The translations under genes were made by a program, and so were the position numbers. The notes beneath the pieces are model-generated. The model saw only the letters and a list, made by a program, of their open reading frames with translations. It searched no databases and was not told the DNA's origin. A stretch of 64,000 nt of DNA from Bacillota bacterium (GTDB lineage: Bacteria; Bacillota; JAAYKD01), in NCBI GenBank assembly GCA_963666425.2, contig OY762825.2:1728001-1792000 (forward strand), read 5' to 3'. Shown one piece after another: positions 17,434 to 27,270 of this stretch (position 1 is the first letter of the stretch; the number at the start of each line of letters is the position of its first letter).

Positions 17434-20349
17434 TTAGAAGAATTTTTCAGCGCCTTCACCCAGTGCTACAAAGTGGTCGATTTTACCCACTTTGACAGGA
17501 TTGGCTTTGATGTTGTCCAGTTCTTCATAAAGATCGGAGCCGAGGAAGTATTTTTTAGGTGTGATCTGGCCGCCGGCGGCTAAGAGATCGAGACCGGCCT
17601 TGACTTTGGCCGGCAAAGCGGGCATTTCATAAATGCGCACCCCACAGGCGTTATAGATGGCGTTCAGGACGGCAACATGGCCGGCAGATTGATAAGCCTC
17701 GGATGCGCCGGAAGAGCCGAACGGTCCGACTTCATCGGGACGTTCGTAATGGATGACATTGATCTCATCCGGAATGTCTTTGATATATGGCACGCCGCTG
17801 GTCAGGTGGTTGGTGTGCTTTTTCACATCATCGTAATTTTCGCTTAAGGCAAAACCGATCGAATGAGAAATGCCGCCGTAAGCCTGGCCGTTGACTGCAT
17901 CGATATTACCGATTTTACCAACGTCATCGACGACTGTGAAACGCAGAACGGTCGTCTTGCCGGTGGCGGTATCCACTTCTACTTCCGCCAGGTTCAAGCA
18001 GTAAGTATAGGCTGGATTGGGATCACCGATGCCGGTATTGGGATCGAGACGGCAGAGACCGGCAACGCTTGTATTGGAATAAGTGCCTTCATATTTGGTG
18101 GGAATGCCTTCCGCAATCATTTCTTCGTAGGTGCGGTAAGTGCCGTCCGGTTTGGTCATGGCTTTGATCAGTTTTTCTGCCGCGATCCGGGTCGCATTGC
18201 CGCTCATGAAGTGCGTGCGGCTGGCGCCGGACATGCCGCTGTCGGGGCACTCTTTGGTATCATTCTGAATCAAACGGATTTGATCCGGTTTGACGCCCAG
18301 CGGTTTCAGAGATTCCAGGGTCAGCATCAGGGAGCCGATATCGCCGCCCTGACCCAATTCCTGATAGGTATCATATTTATAGAACATTTGATTCGGCGCG
18401 ATTTCAATGGCAGCGGAGGCTTTGTCGGTACCGCCTTCGGTCACATTGAAACCACCCCAGGCCAAACCAACGCCGCGGCGTTTGGCCGCCGTGCTGGCAG
18501 CTTTGGCTTGCGCCACCGCTGTATCGTAGTAAGGCTTCATCATTTTCATAATGGCTTCCATCGGATATTGCCGATAGGGATAACTGTTGGTATTGGTCTG
18601 ACCTTCCCGGGCAATGTTGCGCCAGCGGAATTCAAAAGGATCAATCCCGGCTTTGGCAGCCAGCATATCCATCATCGCTTCGGAATGCGTGTAGGCCTGG
18701 GGAGAACCATAACCGCGGTAAGCGGTGCCAAAATTATGATTGGTGTTGGCAATCCGCGCCAATCCGGCCACATTGGGCACATAGTAGGGGAAATAAGCGA
18801 AACGTGGCAGTTTGGTCATCAAATCATCGCCGCCCCAGGAGTAAGCGCCATGATCGATGCCGTAATCGAATTCGGCAGCCGTGATTTTACCGTTGCTGTC
18901 GCAGGCAAGACGGCCGTTGGAGTAAGCCGGGCAACGTTTGCCGCTGAAATGCTGATGTTCTTCATAAGTCATGGAGAGTGCAACCGGCATTTTCGTCACC
19001 ACAGCGGCAGCGCCGGCTAGGACCAGATCACCCGCATTGGTGGACCAGCCAAAAGAAGCGCCGGTCGGGTTCATAATCACCCGCATTTTCGCCTTCGGCA
19101 CGCCTAGAGAATTACCGATGCGGCCGAGAGAAGAATAAACACCCTGGGATTTGCACTGGAAAGTCAGGTTGTCTTCTTCATCAAAGTAGGCTTGAATGGT
19201 ATCGCCTTCCACGGAAAGATGAGGTTCGCGGGTGGAATAGTAACTGCCTTCTACGCTGTAGGCCGCATGATCAATCAGGTCGGCTACTTTGCCGGCATCT
19301 TCCAGGCCAACCCCTTTGAGTACGGGCTGCATGGCGAATATATTCGGTGTGTCCTGATGAATCCGCATGGCATCCGGCATGACGGCATCGAGATAGCTTA
19401 AATACTCCGGTAATTTTTCCAATTCAACCTTTACTTTGGCAGCGGCGGCACGGGCATGATCTTTGGTATCGGCTACAACCAACGCTACAACATCGCCATA
19501 GCGATAAATTTTATCTTCACACAAAACTTTGCGGCTGGGTACCATAACGGTGGTGCGCTCATGGAACTGACCTTCCGCCATGATATTGGAACCGCCGGCG
19601 GCTTTTAACTCTTTGGCTGTGATGACTTTAACGACGCCGGGCATTTGCTCAGCTGCATCAAAATCTATTTTTAAGATTTTAGCGTGATGCGCCAAACGCG
19701 GTTGGACCATCACGGCATGCAGACTTTCTGCCGGCATCTTTAACTCCTGATCATCGCCGTAATCAGCCAGACCACAGACTTTTGCCAAGGCAGTGGGGCG
19801 TACCAGGGGTTTGCCGTAATATTCATTATCGGTAGGCAATTGGAAGGTAATCTCTTCGATGGTAGCCTCACCGCGCATCACTGTGGCAGCCGCGATAACG
19901 GCATCCACCAGTTGCTTATAACCGGTGCAGCGGCAGACGTTGCGATGTTGTTGGAACCAATCGCGCACCTCTTCCCGGCTGGGATTGCAGTTTTTCAATA
20001 ATAAAGCATAAGAGGAGACAATAAAGCCCGGGGTGCAGAAACCGCATTGTACCGCGCCGCAATTCATCCAGGCAACCTGCAGGGGATGCAGATGCGTGGG
20101 GGTACCGATTCCTTCAATGGTGATGACTTTGCTGTATTCTTTGATCGTCTTGATTTTGCGGACACAGGAACGAATCAGTTCACCGTCCAGAACAACCGAG
20201 CAGGAACCGCAGACACCGGTACCACAGCCGACTTTTACGCCGGTGAGACCAATTCTGCGCAGAATATCAGCAAGAGAATCTTTTTCCGGATCGCAAAGGA
20301 ACATCCGATTTGCGCCGTTGATATTCAGCCACATCTTACGTAACTTCAT
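17434..20349 (-). CDS. mop: Molybdopterin-dependent aldehyde oxidoreductase (xanthine oxidase family, Mop-type 2x[2Fe-2S]+Moco fusion)
   Basis: GCGTGVCGSC, QCGFC, CRCTGY, AYRGYGSPQ, ELGQG, and a putative catalytic Glu in GSSGASE. No FAD domain. Confidence 0.9.
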   Translation of the reverse strand: MKLRKMWLNINGANRMFLCDPEKDSLADILRRIGLTGVKVGCGTGVCGSCSVVLDGELIRSCVRKIKTIKEYSKVITIEGIGTPTHLHPLQVAWMNCGAVQCGFCTPGFIVSSYALLLKNCNPSREEVRDWFQQHRNVCRCTGYKQLVDAVIAAATVMRGEATIEEITFQLPTDNEYYGKPLVRPTALAKVCGLADYGDDQELKMPAESLHAVMVQPRLAHHAKILKIDFDAAEQMPGVVKVITAKELKAAGGSNIMAEGQFHERTTVMVPSRKVLCEDKIYRYGDVVALVVADTKDHARAAAAKVKVELEKLPEYLSYLDAVMPDAMRIHQDTPNIFAMQPVLKGVGLEDAGKVADLIDHAAYSVEGSYYSTREPHLSVEGDTIQAYFDEEDNLTFQCKSQGVYSSLGRIGNSLGVPKAKMRVIMNPTGASFGWSTNAGDLVLAGAAAVVTKMPVALSMTYEEHQHFSGKRCPAYSNGRLACDSNGKITAAEFDYGIDHGAYSWGGDDLMTKLPRFAYFPYYVPNVAGLARIANTNHNFGTAYRGYGSPQAYTHSEAMMDMLAAKAGIDPFEFRWRNIAREGQTNTNSYPYRQYPMEAIMKMMKPYYDTAVAQAKAASTAAKRRGVGLAWGGFNVTEGGTDKASAAIEIAPNQMFYKYDTYQELGQGGDIGSLMLTLESLKPLGVKPDQIRLIQNDTKECPDSGMSGASRTHFMSGNATRIAAEKLIKAMTKPDGTYRTYEEMIAEGIPTKYEGTYSNTSVAGLCRLDPNTGIGDPNPAYTYCLNLAEVEVDTATGKTTVLRFTVVDDVGKIGNIDAVNGQAYGGISHSIGFALSENYDDVKKHTNHLTSGVPYIKDIPDEINVIHYERPDEVGPFGSSGASEAYQSAGHVAVLNAIYNACGVRIYEMPALPAKVKAGLDLLAAGGQITPKKYFLGSDLYEELDNIKANPVKVGKIDHFVALGEGAEKFF

Positions 20350-20491
20350 TTTTTTACCTCCATAATTTGATTTTTAAAAGAAGAACCCAAGTTAATTTCA
20401 TTCTATTTCGGCAGGATGTTTGTGTCTACCGTAAAAATCGTTAAAGGCTTGACTGAAAATTGGGTCTTAGGGGGAAAATGTGATGAATCTG

Positions 20492-21202
20492 TTATTCTCT
20501 GCTGCCAGGCGGCTGGAGCGTGCCCGGTAGGTGTGATGGCTGTGAATTGCTGAGGTTGTCATCGATGACAATGCCTAAGAAACGCGCCAGTTCGACTGCC
20601 TGGAAAGAAGTCACAATGGCTCCCTGTAACTCCGGACCAGCCAGTTTTACGCCGGACAATTGACAGCTGCGCAAATCGAGCCCTTTTAATGAAGTGTGCA
20701 GCAGCTCACAGCTCGTGAGATTGCAATGCTGAAACTGCAGTGATTTCCAGGAGCAATCACTGATGGAGGCGTTTGCCAATTCACAATGGCTGAACAGCAG
20801 CGTTTGGATGCCGCCTTCTGTGAAATTGGCATATTCCCCATTGACTTCCTGCATCAAAACGTGCCGCCAAAGGCTGGCGGTCAAATCGGTGCCCAGCAAT
20901 TTGCAATTGCGGAATTCCACCCGTTCAAAACGGCATTCCGGCCAACGCGCATTGGAAAAATCACAATTTTCAAAAATGACATTCAGGAAAGATGCTTTTC
21001 GTAACGAGGCAGCAGAAAAATTACATTTTTTAAAATGACAGCCTTGCACATTCACATGCTGAAAGAGGTTTTTCGGCCAGTCTTCCTGAATGAAGAAAGA
21101 ATCCGTCAGAGCTTCTTCACTGAGACAAGCTTTAGTCAGAGCTTCTGTCAAAGGCAGCAGCGCAGGCAGCTCCGGCAGCAGAATCGGCTTCAGCAAACGC
21201 AT
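20492..21202 (-). CDS. Pentapeptide repeat protein
   Basis: Regular 5-residue repeats (CNFSAASLRKASFLNVIFENCDFSNA...). Start at ATG 21202 with GGAGG RBS. Confidence 0.88.
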   Translation of the reverse strand: MRLLKPILLPELPALLPLTEALTKACLSEEALTDSFFIQEDWPKNLFQHVNVQGCHFKKCNFSAASLRKASFLNVIFENCDFSNARWPECRFERVEFRNCKLLGTDLTASLWRHVLMQEVNGEYANFTEGGIQTLLFSHCELANASISDCSWKSLQFQHCNLTSCELLHTSLKGLDLRSCQLSGVKLAGPELQGAIVTSFQAVELARFLGIVIDDNLSNSQPSHLPGTLQPPGSRE

Positions 21203-21249
21203 AGAATGACCTCCTGGTGTATTAGAATGATGAGAGAGGATGAATCGGT

Positions 21250-21744
21250 TTGGAAATAAGGAAAGTGACAGAACGCACAGAAAAAATGGAGATTGCAGCC
21301 AAGATCCTTCAGCAACTGCCGGATTGGTTTGGTATTCCGGAAGCGACGGCAAATTATGTCAAGCAATGTGCTGTTTTGGATTTCTGGGTTGCGCGGGACG
21401 AAGAGAAACCGGTTGGTTTCATTGCCTTAAAACGACATTTCCCTGCCGCTGCCGAGCTTACGGTGCTGGGAATTCTGCCGGAATATCATCGGCAGGGACT
21501 GGGACGTCAGTTGCTGGCAGCCGTGGAAAACCACTGCCGTAGAGAAGGGATCTGTTTTTTACAGGTGAAAACGCTGGATCCGCTGAAAGAAAATGCCTGT
21601 TACGACAAAACGCGCAGCTTTTATTTGGCGATGGGTTTCACTCCATTGGAAACCTTTCCGACTCTTTGGGATGCAGCAAATCCTTGTCTGCAAATGATCA
21701 AAGTACTGGATCAGACAAAGCCTGCAGCTGAAAGGGAAAGATAA
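21250..21744 (+). CDS. GNAT N-acetyltransferase
   Basis: LPDWFGIPEA, GILPEYHRQGLGRQL, LQVKTL, FYLAMGF. Confidence 0.88.
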   Translation: MEIRKVTERTEKMEIAAKILQQLPDWFGIPEATANYVKQCAVLDFWVARDEEKPVGFIALKRHFPAAAELTVLGILPEYHRQGLGRQLLAAVENHCRREGICFLQVKTLDPLKENACYDKTRSFYLAMGFTPLETFPTLWDAANPCLQMIKVLDQTKPAAERER

Positions 21745-21880
21745 TACCTTCTCTTAATTATACGTTGGATGGCTGCGCTGAAGACAGATCAATTATAGCA
21801 TAGATCATCATGAAAACAAGGAATTTGCTTTTTTGGCAGACTTACGATTCGGTTAAAAAGAACCTGAAAGGGATGGCTAT

Positions 21881-22660
21881 ATGAAAATCAACAAAATCAA
21901 TTTGATTTATTTCAGTCCGACTCAGACCACAAAAAAAGTCCTGCAGGCGTTTGCCCAGTCGTTCTCCGCAAATATCTCTGTTTATGATCTGACACTCTCA
22001 CTGCAAACAGCCCAGTTGCCTTGTTTTGCAGCAGACGAGTTGCTTGTGGTCGGCACGCCTGTCTATGGCGGACGGATTCCTGCCGTGGCAGAAGCATGTT
22101 ATCAGAAGATCAGGAGTCTCGGTGCTCCGGCAGTGGCGATTGCCGTTTACGGTAATCGCGCTTATGACGATGCCTTATTGGAATTGACGGATGCTTTGAT
22201 CTTGGGAGGCTGCCAAGTGATCGGCGCTGCCGCTTTCGTTGGCGAGCATTCTTTCAGTGCTGCCTTGGCTGCGGGACGTCCGAACGCAGAAGATTTGAAC
22301 TTGGCAAGGCAATTCGGTCGGTTGATTTCGGCAAAGTTGGCAGCCGATAGTCTGGTATCGGTCGCAGTTCCCGGCAATCGTCCTTACAAGGCGCGCGGCA
22401 GTGCCGCTGCGGTTTGGGGGCCCTCTACCAAAGCGACTTGTACGCATTGCAACTTATGTGTTGAGCATTGTCCGATGGCAATCATCAATCCAGAAGATGC
22501 TGCATCAATCAGGGAGCCGACCCGTTGTCTGCATTGCGGCAGCTGCGTGAAAATCTGTCCGGTGCAGGCTAAATTTTTCGAGGGAGAACCATTCGAAAAG
22601 TCCATGGCATTTTTACAAAAGGTTTGTGCTGAGCGTAAAGAGCCGGAGCTTTTTGTTTAA
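21881..22660 (+). CDS. Flavodoxin-ferredoxin fusion (EFR1-like)
   Basis: IYFSPTQTT, PVYGGRIP, VYGNRAYDDAL, plus CTHCNLCVEHCP and CLHCGSCVKICP. Confidence 0.88.
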   Translation: MKINKINLIYFSPTQTTKKVLQAFAQSFSANISVYDLTLSLQTAQLPCFAADELLVVGTPVYGGRIPAVAEACYQKIRSLGAPAVAIAVYGNRAYDDALLELTDALILGGCQVIGAAAFVGEHSFSAALAAGRPNAEDLNLARQFGRLISAKLAADSLVSVAVPGNRPYKARGSAAAVWGPSTKATCTHCNLCVEHCPMAIINPEDAASIREPTRCLHCGSCVKICPVQAKFFEGEPFEKSMAFLQKVCAERKEPELFV

Positions 22661-22748
22661 TAGTCAAACGAAAAATAGAAAATCCTCCTTACAAGGTTCA
22701 CTTGTGCGGGGGATTTTTTGTAGTGATGTAAAATGGGTGTTCAGACGG

Positions 22749-23732
22749 TCAGCGGTTCGAATCCTGCGATTTTTGCTGCGTGCAGGTTTGACCAATCCAC
22801 TTTTGTAATTCGGAAAAAATGAAAGGTAAAATCTGCGGATAGGTCATGATCTCAGGTAAGGTTGAAAACGATTTGACCTCAGCCATCTCGAATTCCGAAG
22901 GCAGTTCTCCAAGCGTTTCCACGTTGGCATAAAATACCTGACCATAGGAAAACTCGGTTGACCGATGAACAGCATAGTCAAATGCGGGGTAAATGGAGAA
23001 TTTTTCTGCGCCTGTTTCTTCTTGAAGTTCGCGCTTGGCGCAGTCTATTGGCGTTTCGTCTTTTTCAATATGACCACCGGCAGTCTCCCAGGAATCACGG
23101 TTTTTGTGACGGGCAAACAGCCACATGCCTCTGTATCGAGCAAATATAACAGTGAAGCGGTAGGTTTTTAGTTCGCCAAGCGGATAGGTGACGATCCGCC
23201 AAGGCTGATCAGGTTTTGTGTAAAAGCGTTCAGCAACACCGACTGCCGTCGCATGGGGATCGTTTGTGCCATCGATAGGAATAAGAGGACACGGATACGC
23301 GAATGCCCGTTGTTTGAGTTGAGCAATATCGCGAGCGGCAGCAAATTCTCTAAATTTCCGCTGTTGTTCATACAGATCACCTCCCTCGTGTACTCTGTTG
23401 CCCCAGCGCTGATCCTCCCGATTTTCTATACGCTTCAGGCGAAGGTCAGTAGGTGCTGTAAGAAATAGCGCGAGATCGAACATCGTTAGAAATTCTTTAC
23501 CCCAACCAGAAAGATCACCGGATACCACGAAGGAACCGTGCCTGTTCATATCAGCGAGCAGCATTCTAGAACGCTCTTCCCGTGGACGGACAGCGGCATA
23601 TGGTGGATCGGATTGATAGAACCAATAATCCTCTACATCGAGATGGGCAAAATGAAGCACACGGGCAAGCTCACGTCCCAGTGTAGACTTTCCGCTGCCA
23701 TTTGCGCCAAGTAAAATTATTCCATGTGGCAT
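22749..23732 (-). CDS. P-loop kinase (adenylate/shikimate kinase-like) fused to a NUDIX hydrolase
   Basis: GANGSGKST at the N-terminus; Nudix box GGHIEKDETPIDCAKRELQEETG at the C-terminus. Start at ATG 23732. Confidence 0.85.
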   Translation of the reverse strand: MPHGIILLGANGSGKSTLGRELARVLHFAHLDVEDYWFYQSDPPYAAVRPREERSRMLLADMNRHGSFVVSGDLSGWGKEFLTMFDLALFLTAPTDLRLKRIENREDQRWGNRVHEGGDLYEQQRKFREFAAARDIAQLKQRAFAYPCPLIPIDGTNDPHATAVGVAERFYTKPDQPWRIVTYPLGELKTYRFTVIFARYRGMWLFARHKNRDSWETAGGHIEKDETPIDCAKRELQEETGAEKFSIYPAFDYAVHRSTEFSYGQVFYANVETLGELPSEFEMAEVKSFSTLPEIMTYPQILPFIFSELQKWIGQTCTQQKSQDSNR

Positions 23733-23752
23733 ACGAAACCTCCATTTTATTT

Positions 23753-24517
23753 TTATAGTAGGTTTTTCTCGAGCCATTGCGCTACGCCGTCTTCATCGCA
23801 GTCACCGCAGATGTCATTAGCTGCGGCTTTCACTTCGTCGATGGCGTTCGACATCGCAATACGATGCCCACAGTACGATAGCATCTCAATATCACTGTAA
23901 TCATCACCAAACGCAGCGAATTCACTGCTTGTCAGATGGAGAGCGCGTTGCACTGCCTTGAGTGCGTTCAGTTTGCTTGCTTCGCGGTGAACCATTGTCA
24001 CTGAATTCGTATCGGAATAACTTACCGCCCTAATTTCGGGGTAATCTTCGGTAATTATGCTTGCGATTTTGCCGAGATTACCATCGAGATACAGTACATC
24101 ATCCGGCACACCATTTTGAAAATCAGTGATCCTGGTGGATTGCTTGCCAAGACTCCAATGACCATCGGCGTATGCGCTGGAGAGATAGTAGGCATTTTCG
24201 GTTGAAACGCATCTGACTAAGCTGAATTGCGGCAGCAAGGCATTGGCTGTATGCATCGGAATTAGTTGCTTGTAGATATCCTCGCCATCGAGCCGAGCCA
24301 AGGCGCCATTGTCGGAGATGATCACGTCCGGTGTAATGGCAAACAAAGGCGTTAGGTGCTCTGTCACAAAACGATAATCCCGCGCTGTGGCAAACGCCAG
24401 CAAGATGCCGCGCCTGCGGACGCGCCGCAATACATCCACAGTGTAGTCACTGATTGTTTTATCACGCCGCAGCAGTGTATTGTCAAGGTCGGTGACGATG
24501 AGTTTGATCTTGTTCAT
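23753..24517 (-). CDS. Cof-type HAD-IIB hydrolase
   Basis: DLDNTLL, ATAR, ASKLNAL, AFGDDYSDIEML. Confidence 0.9.
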   Translation of the reverse strand: MNKIKLIVTDLDNTLLRRDKTISDYTVDVLRRVRRRGILLAFATARDYRFVTEHLTPLFAITPDVIISDNGALARLDGEDIYKQLIPMHTANALLPQFSLVRCVSTENAYYLSSAYADGHWSLGKQSTRITDFQNGVPDDVLYLDGNLGKIASIITEDYPEIRAVSYSDTNSVTMVHREASKLNALKAVQRALHLTSSEFAAFGDDYSDIEMLSYCGHRIAMSNAIDEVKAAANDICGDCDEDGVAQWLEKNLL

Positions 24518-24882
24518 GCTGACATCTCCTGTTTACAAAAAATCTATTACCTTCCATGTTCCGTGGCGTATCAGTACTCCATCCGTCAGGTGACTACACA
24601 GAATACAACCCTGTGGGTTCTCTGCATGGGTATGATCAAACAGTGTGCCGTATACTGCCATGTGTCCATGACACACCAGGTTTAGCGCTTAACCCACCGA
24701 GCAGGACATCTGCATCATACAATAAGCTTTTTCATAAAACGTATCTTTGAACGTTAGCAGAAAACTATAAAGTGTTTACAATTAAAATAAAATATGATAA
24801 AATAGAACAAAATAAAATATTAAACCATTATAACAGAAGCCAGCGGATTTAAATATTAATCTTGTAAGGAGGAATTGACGGA

Positions 24883-25776
24883 ATGAAAGAAATCGGCAAA
24901 AAGATCGGCTCTGCCATCTGGGGTTATTTTTTTATCATCATTCTTGTTGAGGGAGTTTTCTCGTGGTTCGCCAAGATCTGGAATATACCATTTTTGGCAG
25001 AACTGGCATATCTCCTACCGCAGTTGGCAGCAAGTTTCTGGTTATATCGCAAAATGAAGCAAGAAAAAATAATAATTTCCGTAAGCAACGATTCCCGTAT
25101 TACGATCAAGCTGTTTTATGGATTTCTTTTGCTTTTTTTAAGCAATGTATTTTTCAGTTCGCTTGCCGCAACCATCATTCAGAACATATTGGGTCGTTTC
25201 AATTATACTTTCAATTTTGATCTCATAGATTACAGTGCTGCAACAAACTCGCCTCTGCAGATGCTCACGATTATTTTTTTGGCGCCGATCACAGAAGAAT
25301 TACTTTTCCGCGGCATCATCCTGCAGAAGTTGAAGCAGTTTGGCCCGCTGTATGCTGTTGCCATAACCACACTCCTCTTCGCTCTGGTTCACGGCAATAT
25401 TGTTTCTTTCTTTGGGGTTTTTTTCTCCAGCTTGCTTTATGGCTGGGCGGCTCTGAAATATTCAATCGTGTGGCCGATTCTGCTTCATATGGCCAATAAC
25501 GCTTTTGCTTTATTATTTCAAGCTCTGCCGGATACCCATATTTTCCACCAAATCGAATATTTTGTGGCCTTTTTAGGCTTGTTGTTGATTCTAATCTTAT
25601 CTTATCTCATGATCAAAAATCGCAATACCATCCGACATTTTTTCAGGAGTAATCAAGTGGAACGCAGCATGTATTGGCAATTGTTTGCCAGTAAGCGCAT
25701 GATTGGTTTGATTGTGCTTTTTATTATGACAAATCTATTGTTTATTCAGGCAATCCTACCGGGAGCTCCCTCCTGA
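24883..25776 (+). CDS. CPBP/Abi (CAAX) intramembrane metalloprotease
   Basis: APITEELLFRG, LFALVH, ILLHMANN; multiple TM helices. Confidence 0.9.
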   Translation: MKEIGKKIGSAIWGYFFIIILVEGVFSWFAKIWNIPFLAELAYLLPQLAASFWLYRKMKQEKIIISVSNDSRITIKLFYGFLLLFLSNVFFSSLAATIIQNILGRFNYTFNFDLIDYSAATNSPLQMLTIIFLAPITEELLFRGIILQKLKQFGPLYAVAITTLLFALVHGNIVSFFGVFFSSLLYGWAALKYSIVWPILLHMANNAFALLFQALPDTHIFHQIEYFVAFLGLLLILILSYLMIKNRNTIRHFFRSNQVERSMYWQLFASKRMIGLIVLFIMTNLLFIQAILPGAPS

Positions 25777-25858
25777 TTGTCAAAAACAAGATCACCCTAT
25801 GTGCAGCAAAATCTCAGCTTCGAAGTAACTTTACTGGAAGTCTAGTCCTCGTTTGAGA

Positions 25859-25920
25859 CAAAACAACAGCGCTGTGTTACGATGAAAATTCCTTCATCCG
25901 CATCCAGCGCTGTTTTTTTG
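25859..25920. terminator. Bidirectional terminator-like hairpin
   Basis: AACAGCGCTG...CAGCGCTGTTTTTTT between convergent genes. Confidence 0.6.
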
Positions 25921-25932
25921 ACATAGAATGAT

Positions 25933-27270
25933 TTAAAAGGTCGTGTTGCCGGTAAATGTGAAGCCATTCACCTTCATCGCCGGCAGCAGAGAGATGAAGC
26001 TGCTCCACCAGTCGCGCGTCAGGCGAACTTCACGGCCCAAAGCTTCCACATTGGAGAAAGTACGAATCATACTTTCGGTATAACGCAGATTTTTTAAGCG
26101 AGCGACAATTTCACCGTTTTCTATCAGGAAGGTACCATCCCGTGTGGTTCCGGTACCGACAACCTGCATCGGTTCCGGGCAATGGGTATAGTGAAAACGA
26201 GTCATGTAGACGCCGTGTTTGGTGCTGCGGATCATTTCTTCCTCGCTGGAATTGCCCGGCAGCAGGATCATGTGGCTGGGTGCATCGCCGCGTTCTCCGG
26301 CATGACCGCTGCTGCCGCAGCCGGCGCGGCCACCGGAAGTGTTGTCGTAGACGACGCCTTTAGCGATTCCCTTTTCGATGATGCTGACCCGTGTTTTCGG
26401 CATGCCTTCTGCATCGAAGGGCATAGGCAGCGCCATGGGATGAAAAGCATCATCGTAAACGGTAATATTATCGCCAAAAACTTTCTCGCCAATCCGGCCG
26501 GTCATAAAAGAGCGTCCGTCCAGAAAAGCGGTGCCGCCCCAGGCAATCATGGCCGGGAAGCGAATCAGATCCGCTACCGCTGTAGCGGCAAAGACGGTGT
26601 CGTATTCACCCGGAGTCAGCACCAGACTGGCCTGACCGGTGCGCAGCAACGCTTTATGGGCCGCTTCCTCTGCCAGCTTCTTGTGATCGAGAGCGGATGC
26701 ATTCAGAACGATCTGATCGGCATAACCGGTCATCAGTCCGTTGTTCATGATGATGCGCAGTAGGATATAATTGCCGCTGTGATAGACCATCACCCCGTTG
26801 GAATTGGCGACTGCCAGGGTACTCAGCGTGTTGTAATAGGAACCGCAGGCGGTCAAGCTGCGTTGTTTTGCAATGTCGATGATTTCTGCAGCAATGGCGG
26901 CACGGTCGGCAGGCGTTTGTTTCAGGGTATCGGCATAGATGGCTGCCATTTCCCGGACCGGCTGAGCTGCCGGCATGGGAGTGAGAGCGGGATTGGCCTG
27001 CACAAAATGAGCATTATGCAGGGCTTGCTTGACGCCTGCCTGCAGGGAAGCATCGTCCAGCGCACTGACAATGGCGGTACCGATTCGTTTTTGCTGCACG
27101 ACCTTGATGGTAACCGAGTGCGTCAGGCGCTGCAGGTTTTGATGGATCCAGTTTTCATTAAAACGGGTGAGATTCAAATCTTCGCTTTTCAGGGTGACTT
27201 GAGTTTCGTCCGCCGTTGAGGCAGCTAAGACAGTCTTCAGGATGTGCTCGGCATCTTCACGGTAAATCAT
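25933..27270 (-). CDS. TldD/PmbA family protein (TldE/PmbA-like partner)
   Basis: TRFNENWIHQN, PFDAEG, GTTRDGTFLIENGE; no HExxxH motif. Confidence 0.85.
   Translation of the reverse strand: MIYREDAEHILKTVLAASTADETQVTLKSEDLNLTRFNENWIHQNLQRLTHSVTIKVVQQKRIGTAIVSALDDASLQAGVKQALHNAHFVQANPALTPMPAAQPVREMAAIYADTLKQTPADRAAIAAEIIDIAKQRSLTACGSYYNTLSTLAVANSNGVMVYHSGNYILLRIIMNNGLMTGYADQIVLNASALDHKKLAEEAAHKALLRTGQASLVLTPGEYDTVFAATAVADLIRFPAMIAWGGTAFLDGRSFMTGRIGEKVFGDNITVYDDAFHPMALPMPFDAEGMPKTRVSIIEKGIAKGVVYDNTSGGRAGCGSSGHAGERGDAPSHMILLPGNSSEEEMIRSTKHGVYMTRFHYTHCPEPMQVVGTGTTRDGTFLIENGEIVARLKNLRYTESMIRTFSNVEALGREVRLTRDWWSSFISLLPAMKVNGFTFTGNTTF

Noticed and set aside
17863-19020. 385-aa plus-strand ORF
   Set aside because: Antisense shadow of mop with no recognisable motifs.
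20410-20460. GTGTCTACC...TAAA...GACT resembles a purine riboswitch core upstream of a xanthine-oxidase-family gene
   Set aside because: It is on the strand opposite to mop, the P2/P3 stems do not pair, and the L2 loop consensus is missing.
24883-25776. CPBP protease as the MroQ-like second protease for AgrD
   Set aside because: It lies about 28 kb from agrBD and belongs to a common family; nothing in the sequence links the two.
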